Assembly: GCF_009914755.1 (NCBI RefSeq) | Contig: NC_060935.1 | Direction: 5' to 3' (one strand) | Source: the human T2T-CHM13v2.0 reference genome, Homo sapiens | DNA: 64,000 nt | Shown here: positions 14,753 to 26,500 of the stretch, piece after piece | Layout: the number at the start of each line of letters is the position of its first letter | Position numbering within the stretch: position 1 is the first letter of the stretch | Program-made: the position numbers and the translations under genes | The notes under the pieces: model-generated | What the model was told of the DNA's origin: nothing | Database searches by the model: none | The model's input: only the letters and a program-made list of their open reading frames with translations

Positions 14753-14836
14753 CACTGCCCTTGGCTTGGCTGTGTGGCCCGAGTCAGTCTCTGCGCCTCT
14801 CTGAGCCTGTACCCTGCTCTGTAAATCAAGATGTAA

Positions 14837-15141
14837 GGCTGGGCGTGGTGGCTCACACCTATAATCCCAGCACTTTGGGAGGCCGAGGCAGGCAGATCAC
14901 TTAAGGCCAGGAGTTCGAGTTCAGCCTGGCCAACGTGGTGAAACCCCATCTCTACTAAAAATACAAAATTAGCTGGGCGTGGTGGCACATGCCTGTAATC
15001 CCAGCTACTTGGGAAGCTGAGGCAGGAGAATTGCTAATGTCTGCCTGGGAGGCAGACATTGCAGTGAACTGAGATTGTGCCACTGCACTCCAGCCTGGGT
15101 GACAAAGACTCTGTCTCAAAAAATAAATAAATAAAATAAGT
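14837..15141 (+). mobile_element. Alu (S-type)
   Basis: Dimer, TSD AAATCAAG(A/G)TGTA. Confidence 0.95.
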
Positions 15142-15245
15142 AAATCAAGGTGTAGTGCTATTCATACTCCCAGGCCCAGGGCCCAGTGTCCCAGCACCCA
15201 GGTGGCCCCAAAGGAGTCAAGTAACGCTTGCAAAGGCTGACTCAC

Positions 15246-15345
15246 CCTGGCCCGGGAAGATGGCGAGATGTAGTAATGGCTTTTGGAGTCCCCGAGCCGG
15301 ATTCGGTGGCGGCAGGTGCGGGTCAGCCCGCTCAGGGCACATGTG
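15246..15345 (-). CDS. RAB3IL1: RAB3IL1 exon 8: [33 protein letters not shown]
   Basis: TAG acceptor, GTGAGT donor, 100 nt, phase consistent. Confidence 0.96.
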
Positions 15346-16226
15346 CTAGGGGAAAGCAAAATGGGTCACGGGGGCTGGCTGGGGCTTGCCCCTCTCCCTC
15401 ACCCCTGCATACAGGGAAGATGCAGCAGCTGAGAGGATGCATGGGGAGGGGCAGGCCTCCCTTCCCCCACCCGGCTTCCAAAGGAACCCAGAGCCAGGCA
15501 GAGAAGGGAGCTGGCCCCAGCCATCCCTGGGACAGACCTCGAACTAAGCTGAGCTGTACCCCTAGAACCCTTGTTTTGCCCCTACTGGGCAAGAGAGCTT
15601 GGTTAATCTCATGCCAGGTGTACAAAGTCCCACCCTCTGCAGGCTCTGCATATGCCTCTCCCTCTACTTCTGGGGACTCAGACCAGGCACTCCTCCCCCA
15701 ACTAGGCCAGAGTTGAGGTCTGGCTGCCTCCCGCTTCCCAACATCCAGCAGCTCCCCTGCTTCATCCATGCAGGCCTTCTGACCCCACTAACCCCCATGG
15801 TTCTCAGCCGCATGCCAACCAACCCCGTCTAAGAGCCTTCTCCCATGCCCTCTTCTCTCCTCCCCCCAGTCCTGCATGACGTCGCTCAGCATCTTCAGCC
15901 ACCCACATGAAGGGTCTCCACAGGCCCTGAGCAACCCCCATCTGGGCCCCACTCCCCAAACCTGCTCTTCACTGGCCATCATCTGCTCGGCTCTCTCCTC
16001 CTCACCCTCTGCTTGGTCACCAAGTCCCCAGGCCAGGGCACAGCAGCAGGACTTTTGGCCTGCATCCCCTTGGCTCCTTCTGGCCAGCTCTCTGCCTCAT
16101 CGCTCTCTTTCTTCTCCACATCAGAGCCAGGGCTCCTCCAAAAACCCACATCTAACCCATCATCTTTCTCTCTTGCTTTCCTAATTCCCAAGAAATGGGG
16201 AGAATCCCAAATAAATGAAGGTTTAA

Positions 16227-16821
<595 letters not shown>

Positions 16822-17349
16822 TGAAATGCCCTTCCCTGCTTGGCAAACTTCTATTCATCCTTCAAAACCTGGCTCAAATGCTCCCTCTCCGTGATGAGCC
16901 TCCCACCAGGGCACCAGCCATCCCCAGCCAGGCTCTTGGCTGCCAAGGTGAAATCCTCCCCAATTTCTGCCCCTTGCTCCACCCTGGCTATTTTGTTCTG
17001 CTGCTCCCCTGCTCAATGCCAGGTGAGTAGCTGGAGGACAAATGCCAGGGCTACTGCGTCGTTATTTATTGGCAGGGGCACAGCCAGCAACTGATAATCA
17101 TGGTTCAAGAAAAGAAGGGGAGGGCACAGAGCAGACCAGTCAGGAAGAGGCAGACCCTAGCTCCCGGCCTCTCTGGAAAGCCTGGGGGTCCACAGGAAAC
17201 CTGCCAAACTGCCTCCTTGCCCTGTGGGGGCAGCAACTGTCCCTGTCCTGTCGGCGCTGCTGCATCCTGACCACCCCTCGGCACAGTGAACACACGGCTT
17301 GGCGGGGCTTTCCCACATGGGCAGGAAGGAGCTAAGACCCTCAGCTTAC

Positions 17350-17462
17350 TTGGTGCTGCTACAGTCAACCTCGGCCACCTTCACTGTGGGCAGCGTCTGC
17401 GAAGCCACCGGCTCAATGGTGAGCGTGTTGTCCTCCACGGCGGCCCGTACCAGCACCGAGAG
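17350..17462 (-). CDS. RAB3IL1: RAB3IL1 exon 7: [37 protein letters not shown]
   Basis: CAG acceptor, GTAAGC donor, 113 nt. Confidence 0.96.
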
Positions 17463-17557
17463 CTGTGGCAGACCAGGGAGGCAGGCAGGGTGGTAAGGGG
17501 CTGGGCCCTGGCGGAGGGGTGTGTCCCCCAGCTGGCCCCGCCCCTGCCATGCCTCAC

Positions 17558-17686
17558 CTCCTGCATTGTGAAGTCCAGGCAGGGGCCCACGTCCTCTCGG
17601 TACACCCTTTCCAGGAAGGGGCAGGTCTTGTCCAGGGTGGGGGATTCCCTCCAGGCCTGGAACTCTGCAAACAGGATTGTGTCCAC
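17558..17686 (-). CDS. RAB3IL1: RAB3IL1 exon 6: [43 protein letters not shown]
   Basis: CAG acceptor, GTGAGG donor, 129 nt. Confidence 0.96.
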
Positions 17687-18196
17687 CTGTGGGGGAGGGC
17701 AAGCGAGGGTGGGGGCGGTCAGGGTACTGGGGCCAGCATAGAAGATGCAGGCTGAGCTGAAGGGGAGCGAGGGAGGACGTGGGGCAGGCCCAGCAAGCCA
17801 GCAGGTCGATCCCCAGCAGCCGTGCAGGGAAGCCAAGTCCAGCAGCAGCAGAGCTCCCTTCTGCCCTTTGCACCAAAGAATTTAGAACTAAAAGTTTTGT
17901 TTCCAGGCCGGTGTTAAATTTCTTGGCGCTACTGGATTTTAGAGTGGGGTGCAGGGCTTTGTCCTGAAGACCCTCAGTGCCTCCTTGAGGAGGAAAAGTC
18001 AAAGAGCAACTAGCAGGAGGCCACAGGTACCAGCAGGTACACAAGCACACACAAGCACGTGCACACAGGAGGGGACACACACAGGCTGCCCTGGGCCCAC
18101 ACCTCAGAGGTGACTGCTGGCCTGCTCCAGGCCACATGCAGAATGAGGGAGGCTGGGAGGGGGCAAAGTGGGAGGCCCCTCTTTGGAGCCATTTAC

Positions 18197-18340
18197 CTGT
18201 CGGGAAAAGGAGGGAGAGGGAGTGGAGGCAGGGGCTGGGGGCTCCCCAGGTGGGAGCGGCCAGGCCGGCTCGTAGGTGAGGTGAACCGCCTTGCTGGGGA
18301 CCACGCAGAGGAGCAGGGAGAGCAGCGGGGCCAGCCCGGG
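18197..18340 (-). CDS. RAB3IL1: Candidate in-frame cassette exon (48 aa) between RAB3IL1 exons 5 and 6
   Basis: (CTGT)n pyrimidine-rich tract + CAG acceptor, CAG|GTAAAT donor, 144 nt, phase 0-0, no stop. Confidence 0.6.
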
Positions 18341-19269
18341 CTGGGCCGGATGGACAGACAGACAGACAGACAGACAGGTAGACAGGTGCACAGAGACAGA
18401 ACAGGAGGAAGGGGAGAAGTTAATGTACATTCAGAAGCTCAGAGCTCAGGAGGTGGATGAGGGCCTGCTCGTCTTCCCTGGAGGCCCTGGAGACAGAGGT
18501 GGAAGCCAGGATGGAGTCGAGTGGGCTGGCGCCAGGGACCCAGGAAGCTGAAGGCACCACAGCCCTCTGAGGCACTACCTGGGTGCAGCCTTGAACTCAG
18601 CTCTTGATGTCCCTGTCTCTGGTTCCTCCAGCAGCCCCGGGAGGCCCCATTTATCAGGTGAGAAAGCTGAGGTGCTGACAGGTGGCCTCATTTGCCTACA
18701 GACCCATGACCATGAGTGTCAGCCCAGCCTGGGCCCAGCAACTGGTGTGGCCAGCTGAGGTGGGACGGAGACACCTCTCCAAAGGCCACGCTTGTCTCAG
18801 CCCCACAGTCAGAGGGTGCCAGAAACCCCTTGAGCACAGGGCTGTCACCAGGTGGTCCTGGGGCTCGAGGCTGTGGCCACACGGGGTCCAGGCAGCCTCT
18901 CCCCTGAGGCCCAGTGGCTGCTGCTTGGCCTCTTAAGGCCAAGGAAGTGTGTGTCTCAGTGGAGGCCCCAGATCCTCAGGGCCAAAGCCAGCCTCAGGTG
19001 CAGAGACCACTACCTACTGCTTGGAGTCAGTGGGGCAGGGAGGGGGCCTCAGGTCCCCAGATGGTATACCCTGGAGGCTGCAGGCCAAGTGCCTCAGATC
19101 ACAGGAGGTTGGAGAGAAAGGACCTGCCCAGCCCTCACATCCCAGAGAGGCGCAGGACAGGCTCCAGGTCACACAGCATGGGGCAGGCTGGTCCTCACTG
19201 GGCTCGGACCCTGCCTACCGCAGGCACTGCCACCCTTCCCCGTGCCCAGAGCCCGCTTCCCACCCTCAC

Positions 19270-19488
19270 CTCCTTGCCCTCTCTGTCTGGGGTGAGGGTG
19301 TGTCCCGCAGCGGGACACACGGCGGGGCAGAGGGTGCTGCTGGTGCTCTTGTGGCGAGAGTGGCCCTTTCGGGGCCCGGCCTTGGTGGGGCTCAGCAGCT
19401 GGGGGTGAAGCTCGCGGTTGGGAGAGGCTGGTGTGGACGTGATGACCAGCGTCTTCAAGGCTGTCACCTCTGCCTGCAGCATGTCGAT
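19270..19488 (-). CDS. RAB3IL1: RAB3IL1 exon 5: [15 protein letters not shown]...TPDREGKE
   Basis: CAG acceptor, GTGAGG donor, 219 nt, symmetric phase 0. Confidence 0.96.
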
Positions 19489-20196
19489 CTGCATGGGATG
19501 GGATGGCTGTCAACCCTCACCCAGACTGGATGCCATCCTGGCTGCCACCGCCTATCAGCCTAACTCAGGACAATGCACCCCTGCAGTGACAGGCACTTAG
19601 TCCCACCCGACGCCCTCAGAACAGCCTTCGAGGCAGAGACCCAGACACTCGTTTTACACATAGGGAAACTGAGGCTCACAGAGGCGACATGGCCTGCCCA
19701 AGGTCACTCTGTGAGCAGGATTCTGTTAGGAACAAGTGTCTGGGAGCTGGCTGGGCCTCCCATGAGAGTTCTGGGACCGCCCCCAGGAGCCAGGAAAGGC
19801 CCAGGCCTCACATTTTGCAGATGGGCAACCAGGCTTGGAGAGAGGAAGCGACTTGCCCAGGCTCAGACAGCCATACTGAGTGAGGTTTCTGCTTTGTAAA
19901 GTGGGGCTGGGAGGAGAGGGAAGAAGGTACAATAATCACAGGGTCCTCCCAGCCCCAGCACTATCCCAGAAAAGGCTCTGCCATGCAGCAGAATCACTGA
20001 TGGAGCCCCGGGACACTGGGCCCTGTGATCTCAGACCCCCACCCTTCCCTTCCCTCCCTGGGCCTAGGTTCACCCATTCCTGCTGGCCCCACCGGGCCAG
20101 GTGAGCGTCCACTCGGGCAGCAAAGCTCAGTGCTCGCTGAGCCGGGAGGCAGGGGGGGTGCCTGGGCTGGCCTGGGCAGGCGGGGATGGGCCTCAC

Positions 20197-20274
20197 CTTG
20201 CCCCGAGCCTCCTTCAGCTGCTTTTCTGATGCCGCCTGCTTCATGTTGGCTTCTCGAACCATCTTGTGAGCTTC
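20197..20274 (-). CDS. RAB3IL1: RAB3IL1 exon 4: [26 protein letters not shown] (Sec2 coiled coil)
   Basis: TAG acceptor, GTGAGG donor, 78 nt. Confidence 0.97.
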
Positions 20275-20368
20275 CTAGGAAGAAGGCAGTCCCTGCGTGA
20301 GTGGTGAGGAGCCAACGGACGCCCAGATGACCCATTCCCCAAGTTGTTCCCGCGCCCAGCCGGTGTAC

Positions 20369-20464
20369 CTCAAACAGGCTGGCCGTCAGCTCTTCCAGCT
20401 CCTGTTCTAGCTGCTCCCGCACCTTGGACAGCCGCTCACATTCCTCGTCCTTTAGCTTCAGCTC
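20369..20464 (-). CDS. RAB3IL1: RAB3IL1 exon 3: [32 protein letters not shown] (Sec2 GEF motif)
   Basis: [13 protein letters not shown] Sec2 signature spans exons 3/4; 96 nt. Confidence 0.97.
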
Positions 20465-20857
20465 CTGGAGGAAAAGAGGCAGGCACTTGAGCACCTCAGC
20501 ATCCCCAGGCCTGGCACGGGAGGGACCAGGCCCACCGGACCAGGTTCCATCCCCTCGTCATTTTATGTGGGGCTCAGAGTTTATTTCCTCTGGTGCCTGA
20601 CAGTTTGTGATGCTTTTTCCGTTTAGCCACAGCATGAAGCTGAAGCCCTGCCTGCCAGTTCATCAGAGCTCAGGGCACGTTTGCAGTCAAGACGGGTGAC
20701 CATCGGTGCGCCCAGTACAGGCCTGGCCAGCAGCTGGCCTCGGTGAGGGCACATCCCTCTCCCTTGGGCACATCTCTGGGCACCTGATGAGAGCCCACAG
20801 CTCTCCCAACCTGACTTCTCCCCACCGAAGACCCCCCAGCCTACTGCAGGCACCCAC

Positions 20858-21110
20858 CTTCTGCGCTCTGTGCAGCTCCTCCTTCAGGAACTCGGAGCCC
20901 TTCTCTCGGATCTCCATGGAAGAGCTGCGCAGGCGCAACACGTCCAGCTGGGCGGCTGCGGGGCCCTCCTGGCCTTGGGCCTCCTCCCCTGCAGAGGTCT
21001 CCACCAGGGCTCCTGGGGACTCCCTGTGGCCTTGGCAGGGGTCCGTGCTCTTCCAGGGGACCGGGACAGCTGCAAGGGGCGGCGGGAGGCCCTGGTCTGG
21101 CTGGGGTGGG
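20858..21110 (-). CDS. RAB3IL1: RAB3IL1 exon 2: [17 protein letters not shown]...EELHRAQK
   Basis: CAG acceptor (phase 2), GTGGGT donor, 253 nt. Confidence 0.96.
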
Positions 21111-22404
21111 CTGGAGACAAACAAGGGTATCAGCAGGTTCAGGGTGGGGTCCTGAGGCCTGGAGAGCTGAGTCCAGAAACCGCCCCGGGGCAATGTGCCT
21201 GCCACTTGAGCCTCAGCCTTTCCATCTGAAAACTGGGACCCTACCAGCTATCATCAGTGTTGTTACAAGGGCAAATGTCCAAGCACAAAGTCTCTTGGGG
21301 CAAGAGGCTTATTACTCTTTGTCAACCACCCCTTCCAGCCCAGGGCTGAGGGCTGTGTTTGGCACATGCAGTAGGTGCTCAGCACACAGTAGGTGGTCAG
21401 CGTCTTTGTCTAACAGGTGACTGTAAATGCATCAGGGTTGAGTCCCACTTGTATTAAGTGAAGCCTATTCCAATGGCCCTACCTCAAAGGTCACTGAATG
21501 ATCAGAGGAGGTGTGGGTAAAACCTTGACACCTCGGATGCACTCAAGCAGGAGCTGCCTTCACTGATACAGTTAATGCGAATTCTGCCCCTTTCAGGGTG
21601 GACCAGAGAGGAAGGATGAGGCCAGGGCAGGCAGGGCTGAGGCAGGAAGATTCTGCAAACAGCTTGGACAAGACAGACCCACTTCCTGTCCCCCTGGACT
21701 TGGTGGGGAGCAGTCCCAGCTCTCCCCTGGCCTGCCTTGTGACCTCAGGCAAACACCCCCTTCTCTGGGCCTCAGGACCCTCCCTTCCCTGAAGCTGAAG
21801 ACCCTGGAGGTGGTGTGAGGCCTCATTCCGCCCCCACCCACACTCTCCACTCCAAAGTGGACCCTGGAGAGGGAAGGGAGGGCGAGGGCCCGGCCAGCGG
21901 TGTTTTGTGCCAAGACAGCACCTCTGGACTCGCTCACTCAGCAAAAGCTGGAGGCTCCTGAGCCAGCAGCTTCTGAGCCGCAGCAACCAGGGCTGGGGAT
22001 GGGGGGCTGGGCGGGCCACTGATATCAGTGAGGGAAGTTGGGGGGAGGGGCTCAGGGAGGCTGCACCAGAGGGGGAAGGCAAGGCCAAGGAGAAAGTGGG
22101 ACTCAGGACGGCTGAGGCAGAGGGAGGAGTGAGAGGCAAGTCTGTGGACCAGTCTCCCCTCCCTGTCCTCAGGACCTTGGGAAGGTCACCAAGCAGCCCC
22201 TGAGCCTCAGTTTCTCCCTTGGTTAACACACAGAAAATGGGCCCCCAGAGACTCCTGCAAGGAGCCCACTTCCAGCAATGAGTCCCTTCACACAGCCCGG
22301 TCCAGCTGCCCAGCCCCACCTGCCCTCTGCTCTGGAACCGGCCCAGAGTGTGGCCTCAAGGCTCCTCAAGCTGGGTCCTGCCTGGCAGGGATGTGGGTCT
22401 TGAG

Positions 22405-22506
22405 GATTAAGGTGGGGACACATATCCATCACTCCATCAACAGTGTCTATGCCAGACAGGGCTCTCTCCTAATACTCCTGTTTGGGGAAGTCTTGTTGGC
22501 AAGGGT
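22405..22506 (+). repeat. Inverted duplication, left arm
   Basis: Reverse complement of 23501-23598; 44-nt perfect core, 5 substitutions, one 4-nt indel. Confidence 0.95.
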
Positions 22507-22629
22507 TCCCCGCAGCCTGAGAGCTATGGCGGAGCCCTGGGCTGGGGTCTGTGCCCTGGGGACTCACTCTGCCAGACTCTTCCACAGGTCTCTGACCACG
22601 CTGTCTCCTTTAAAATTCTCTCAACAGCA

Positions 22630-22842
22630 GCTGGGTGCAGTGGCTCACGCCTGTAATCCCAGCACTTTGGGAGGCTGAGGCAGGTGGATCACCTGAGGTC
22701 AAGAGTTCGAGACCAGCCTGGTCAACATGGTGAAACCCCATCTCTGCTAAAAATACAAAAATTAGCCGGGCCAAGATTGTGCCACTGCACTCCAGCCTGG
22801 GTGACAGAGCGAAACTCTGTCTCAAAACAAACAAACAAACAT
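22630..22842 (+). mobile_element. Alu with internal right-arm deletion
   Basis: attagccggg|ccaagattg junction; TSD AAAA(T/C)TCTCTCAACAGCA. Confidence 0.92.
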
Positions 22843-23500
22843 AAAACTCTCTCAACAGCACTCGTGGTATTGTCCCATTCTACAGATGAGGGGACGGAGG
22901 CTCACAGAGTGAAGGGACTTGTCAGGGGTCACGCAGCTGGTCAGTGACAGTGCTGGGACAGGTGGCCAGGTCTTCAAGCCCAGGCCCAAAGCTTCCCCGC
23001 TGCAGGGGAAGGGCAGGTGGGTGCGGAGTGTGAGTGTTGGAATCGGCGCATCTGCTTCAAGATAAAGCGCTGCTGGGCCCAGGGAGACTCGGAGGCTCCT
23101 CTTTGGCTGCAGTAGGGAAATCTGACCCAATTCTGGCCCGAACTGGCTTCTCAGACTCTGCGCAGGCCCAGAAACCCCCTTTCCAGAAGGCAGGGCCTGG
23201 GCAGGGGGAGCTGTGGCAGAGAGAACAGGCCAGATGGGGCAAGCCTGGGGTCCATGTCAGCCTCTGACCTGGGGTACACATGAGCCCCTGAGAATGCTAC
23301 TGAAATTTTCTGAACCTGCTTCTGCACCTGAGGGATAGGAGCTGAAATCCTGCAGGAGGTGCTCTAAGAATCAAGAGCTCTAAGAGCAGTCCTGACCTGG
23401 TGCTGGGTGAATCATGTTCAATCCACAGCCATGTTTGGCTGAGACACTCACGAAGCCTGCCTGGGCTCTGGGTCCCACAGCTTAAACTGGAGGCCTGTGG

Positions 23501-23598
23501 ACCCTTGCCAAGAAGACTTCCCCGAACAAGGGTATTGAGAGCCCTGTCTGGCACAGACACTGTTGATGGAGTGATGGATATGTGTCCCCACCTTAATC
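23501..23598 (-). repeat. Inverted duplication, right arm
   Basis: Reverse complement of 22405-22506. Confidence 0.95.
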
Positions 23599-26500
23599 AT
23601 CATGGCCCAAGTCCTCAGGTAGGACAGGATGGCCATAGTCACTCAGGCTGGGCTGGGGGCTGCTCACTGCAGGCCAAGGGCAAGAGGTGACAGCACAGGA
23701 CAGGACAGAGGACTCTTGCAATTGCCTATGCCCTGACCGAGGAGAACCAGGCTGCCGGCCCTCCCATGGGGGCCGAGCTTCATCCACCAGTGTGGTCTGG
23801 GCCTCTGGCCACAGTGAAAGACTAACTCTCTCTCCTGCTGGTCCCAAGCACATAGGCTGGAGGTGTGGCTGGCTGACCTCACCATTTTCCCAACAGGCTC
23901 TCATTTTTGCCTTGTGGGGCAGAGTGGGGACAGGGCCCAATTTTGTAGCCAGAGGAAACAGTGGTCCAGGAGGCCTGTGACAGAGTCTGTGACATCCTTC
24001 CCATCACCCCCAGTAGAAGAGCCCAAGGCCAAATCCCAATGGCAAGAAGTGTGGGAACATGGGAACAGTGGGACCACCCAGTAGCCACCAACTCCCCAAC
24101 GCCAAAGGTGGCAGGAGCAGGAGGGAAGAAGGGCCTGACCTGCCCTTGGAGGGTAGCCAGAATCTGCAGACCCTCTTCCTCCTCATTTCCAGGCTGCAAG
24201 GCCAACTCCTGAGACTCAGAAATTTCAAAGAAGGGACCCTGGGCTCCTCGGGTCCAGCCCAAGCCAGAATCTCCAATCTCACACACACTTTAGCCTCCCA
24301 GACCAGAGGCCTGAAAACCTGGCTGTGAACACCCAAGTCAGTGGTGAACTCAGTCGTGGGGCAAGCAGGGACCACTTAATGTTCTGCTGCCCAGCGTCCC
24401 TACCCTCCTCAGTCCGGGTCCACCGCTCTCTGTACAAACCTCCTCAGTCCCCGTTCCCTGCAGAAACAGAGCCCAGCATCTGAGATGAGCCACAGATGCC
24501 TCTGGAAAGGAGCCTGTTCAGAGGGTAGGAGTCAAGGTCAGAGGTAGATGGGGCACCCAGCCAACATCCCCCATCCCAAAGCCAGCTCCCACTGCCGAGA
24601 GGCCCAGGCAGTTCATACAGGAAAGGCCCCACGGGTCACTTCCCCAGGAAACACACAACCAAAAGAAAATGCAGTAACCACAATCCTCACCCCACCAGGC
24701 CCACCCTAGGAGGGCCAGCAGGGCTCTTGCCCCGACCCACAAAATAAGAAGGAGACCTAGACTCCGTGGCCCTCGGTCTCTCAGTGTCCCCAAGCCAGCA
24801 GGGCCTGGCCAGTGGCCAGACCAGCCTATTCCTCAACCAGTGCCCAAGATGACCCTGTCCAGTTACCTCCTGGAACTAAAGACCCCTGTTGGTCATGGGC
24901 ACAATGGATTCATTCAATAAGCAGGGGAGGGGACAGCAAGGGTGGTTCTGAAACTGGACGAAGGAGACGGCTGGGAGGGCACACTGGGACCACTCAGCGG
25001 GCTGCCAGGGCCCAGGCCTCTAGGGAGGCTGCAGAAACCCCGACCCAGGGCCTGGCTCCCCGGGGCGGTGCCTTGGCACAGGGGCCTGTTCAGATTCACG
25101 CTCAGCCTTTGCGGTGACACTGAGGGGACGGAGGCTCACAGCCATGTGATTAACATCCAGGGACCAAGGGAGTCCCAGGAAAGGGTTGGTGGGCCAGCTC
25201 TCAGGCCAGCCTGCAAGCCCAGCAAAGCTTGGCTCCCCTAGAGAGCGGCCAAGTCTTCAGCCCCAAACCCACAAGCATGTCAGGTTCCCAAGCGCTAGGC
25301 CACATCCACGCCAGCCCACCACTCCACAGGTGTCATGGCCTGGAAGCTCGGGACAATTGCAGGGAGATGCGCTCCTCCACCTGGTTTCCAGATGAGGCCC
25401 CTGAGGTTCAGAGAGGGATGGTGACCTGGCCAGAATGCACAGCAAGGAAGTGGCAGGATGGGAACTGAATGCAGAGTACAGGCATAGCGTATCACGTGGC
25501 CTGTCACCCAGAGGAAAGGGGATGAATGGCGGTTTTGGAGAAGTGAGGCAAGAGGCAGATGGGGTTTGAGGAAGTCTGAGACAGCGCCCAAGTACTGGAG
25601 GTGCCACCCAAGAATGCTGTACAGCCAGGCAGGACCTGGGCTAAGAGGGGACAGCAGAGGGGACACACAGAAACAAAGATGGGAAGGGGGAATTGTGGGA
25701 GGAACAGGGGCTGGATGGGGGGGCAGGAAAAAGCAATAACAATAATTAAGATAATTCAAAACTAAGGAAAAGGTGAAAGCTGAGAACAGCGGTACCCATG
25801 CTGGGAGTGAGGAACTGGGAGGGGGTCTTTCAGGGACAGGAAAGTGGGTGGCTGAGGCATCTGGGAAGTGGCACGTCCCGTAGGCAGCTGAGGGGGAATA
25901 GGCAGGATGGGGTGACGCTGTCGAGTGGCACTGGTTTCGGGGAGCAGCTGCAGCCTGAGCCTGGATGAGGGGCTGTCAGGGAGGACAAGGGCTTGAGAGC
26001 CAGAAAGGACGAGAGTGTTGGACACCAGAGCCGAAGAGTGTCTGGGACCCGGGGATGAAAGAGATCGTCATGAGTCTCACTGAATTGGGCCAGGAACCAA
26101 TGAGCTCAAGTCAAGGAGGGGACAAAGGGACAGGTGGGAACCAAGGTGGGCCTGGGCCACAGGGGAAGGGGAGCCAGAGTAGGGAGAAGGGCACAACAGC
26201 ATGTCCTAGTAGAGACCATGGAGGAGGAGTGGGGGAGAAGGTCAGGAACAGCTGGGGATGGGAAGCAGATCAGAACACCTAAAGCAGGTGAGTCAGGCCA
26301 CGCCTCCGCCGGCCATAGCCCCAGGCCACCAGGCCAGTCCAGCCCACCCCTGGCGGGGGAATCCAGCCCTGTCTCTCCATGGGAGCCAGCACAGGGCCTA
26401 GGAGGGGGCGCATCTCACTACTCTTCTACAGGGCTGGGCACGCAGTACATCCTCAAATGCGCCTGTGGCGACCCTGCCCATTCAGTCCAAGAATTGACAC

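Noticed and set aside
26285-26295. Perfect plus-strand CAG|GTGAGT donor overlapping a TGAGTCA AP-1 motif
   Set aside because: Single short motif expected by chance; no supported antisense exon structure
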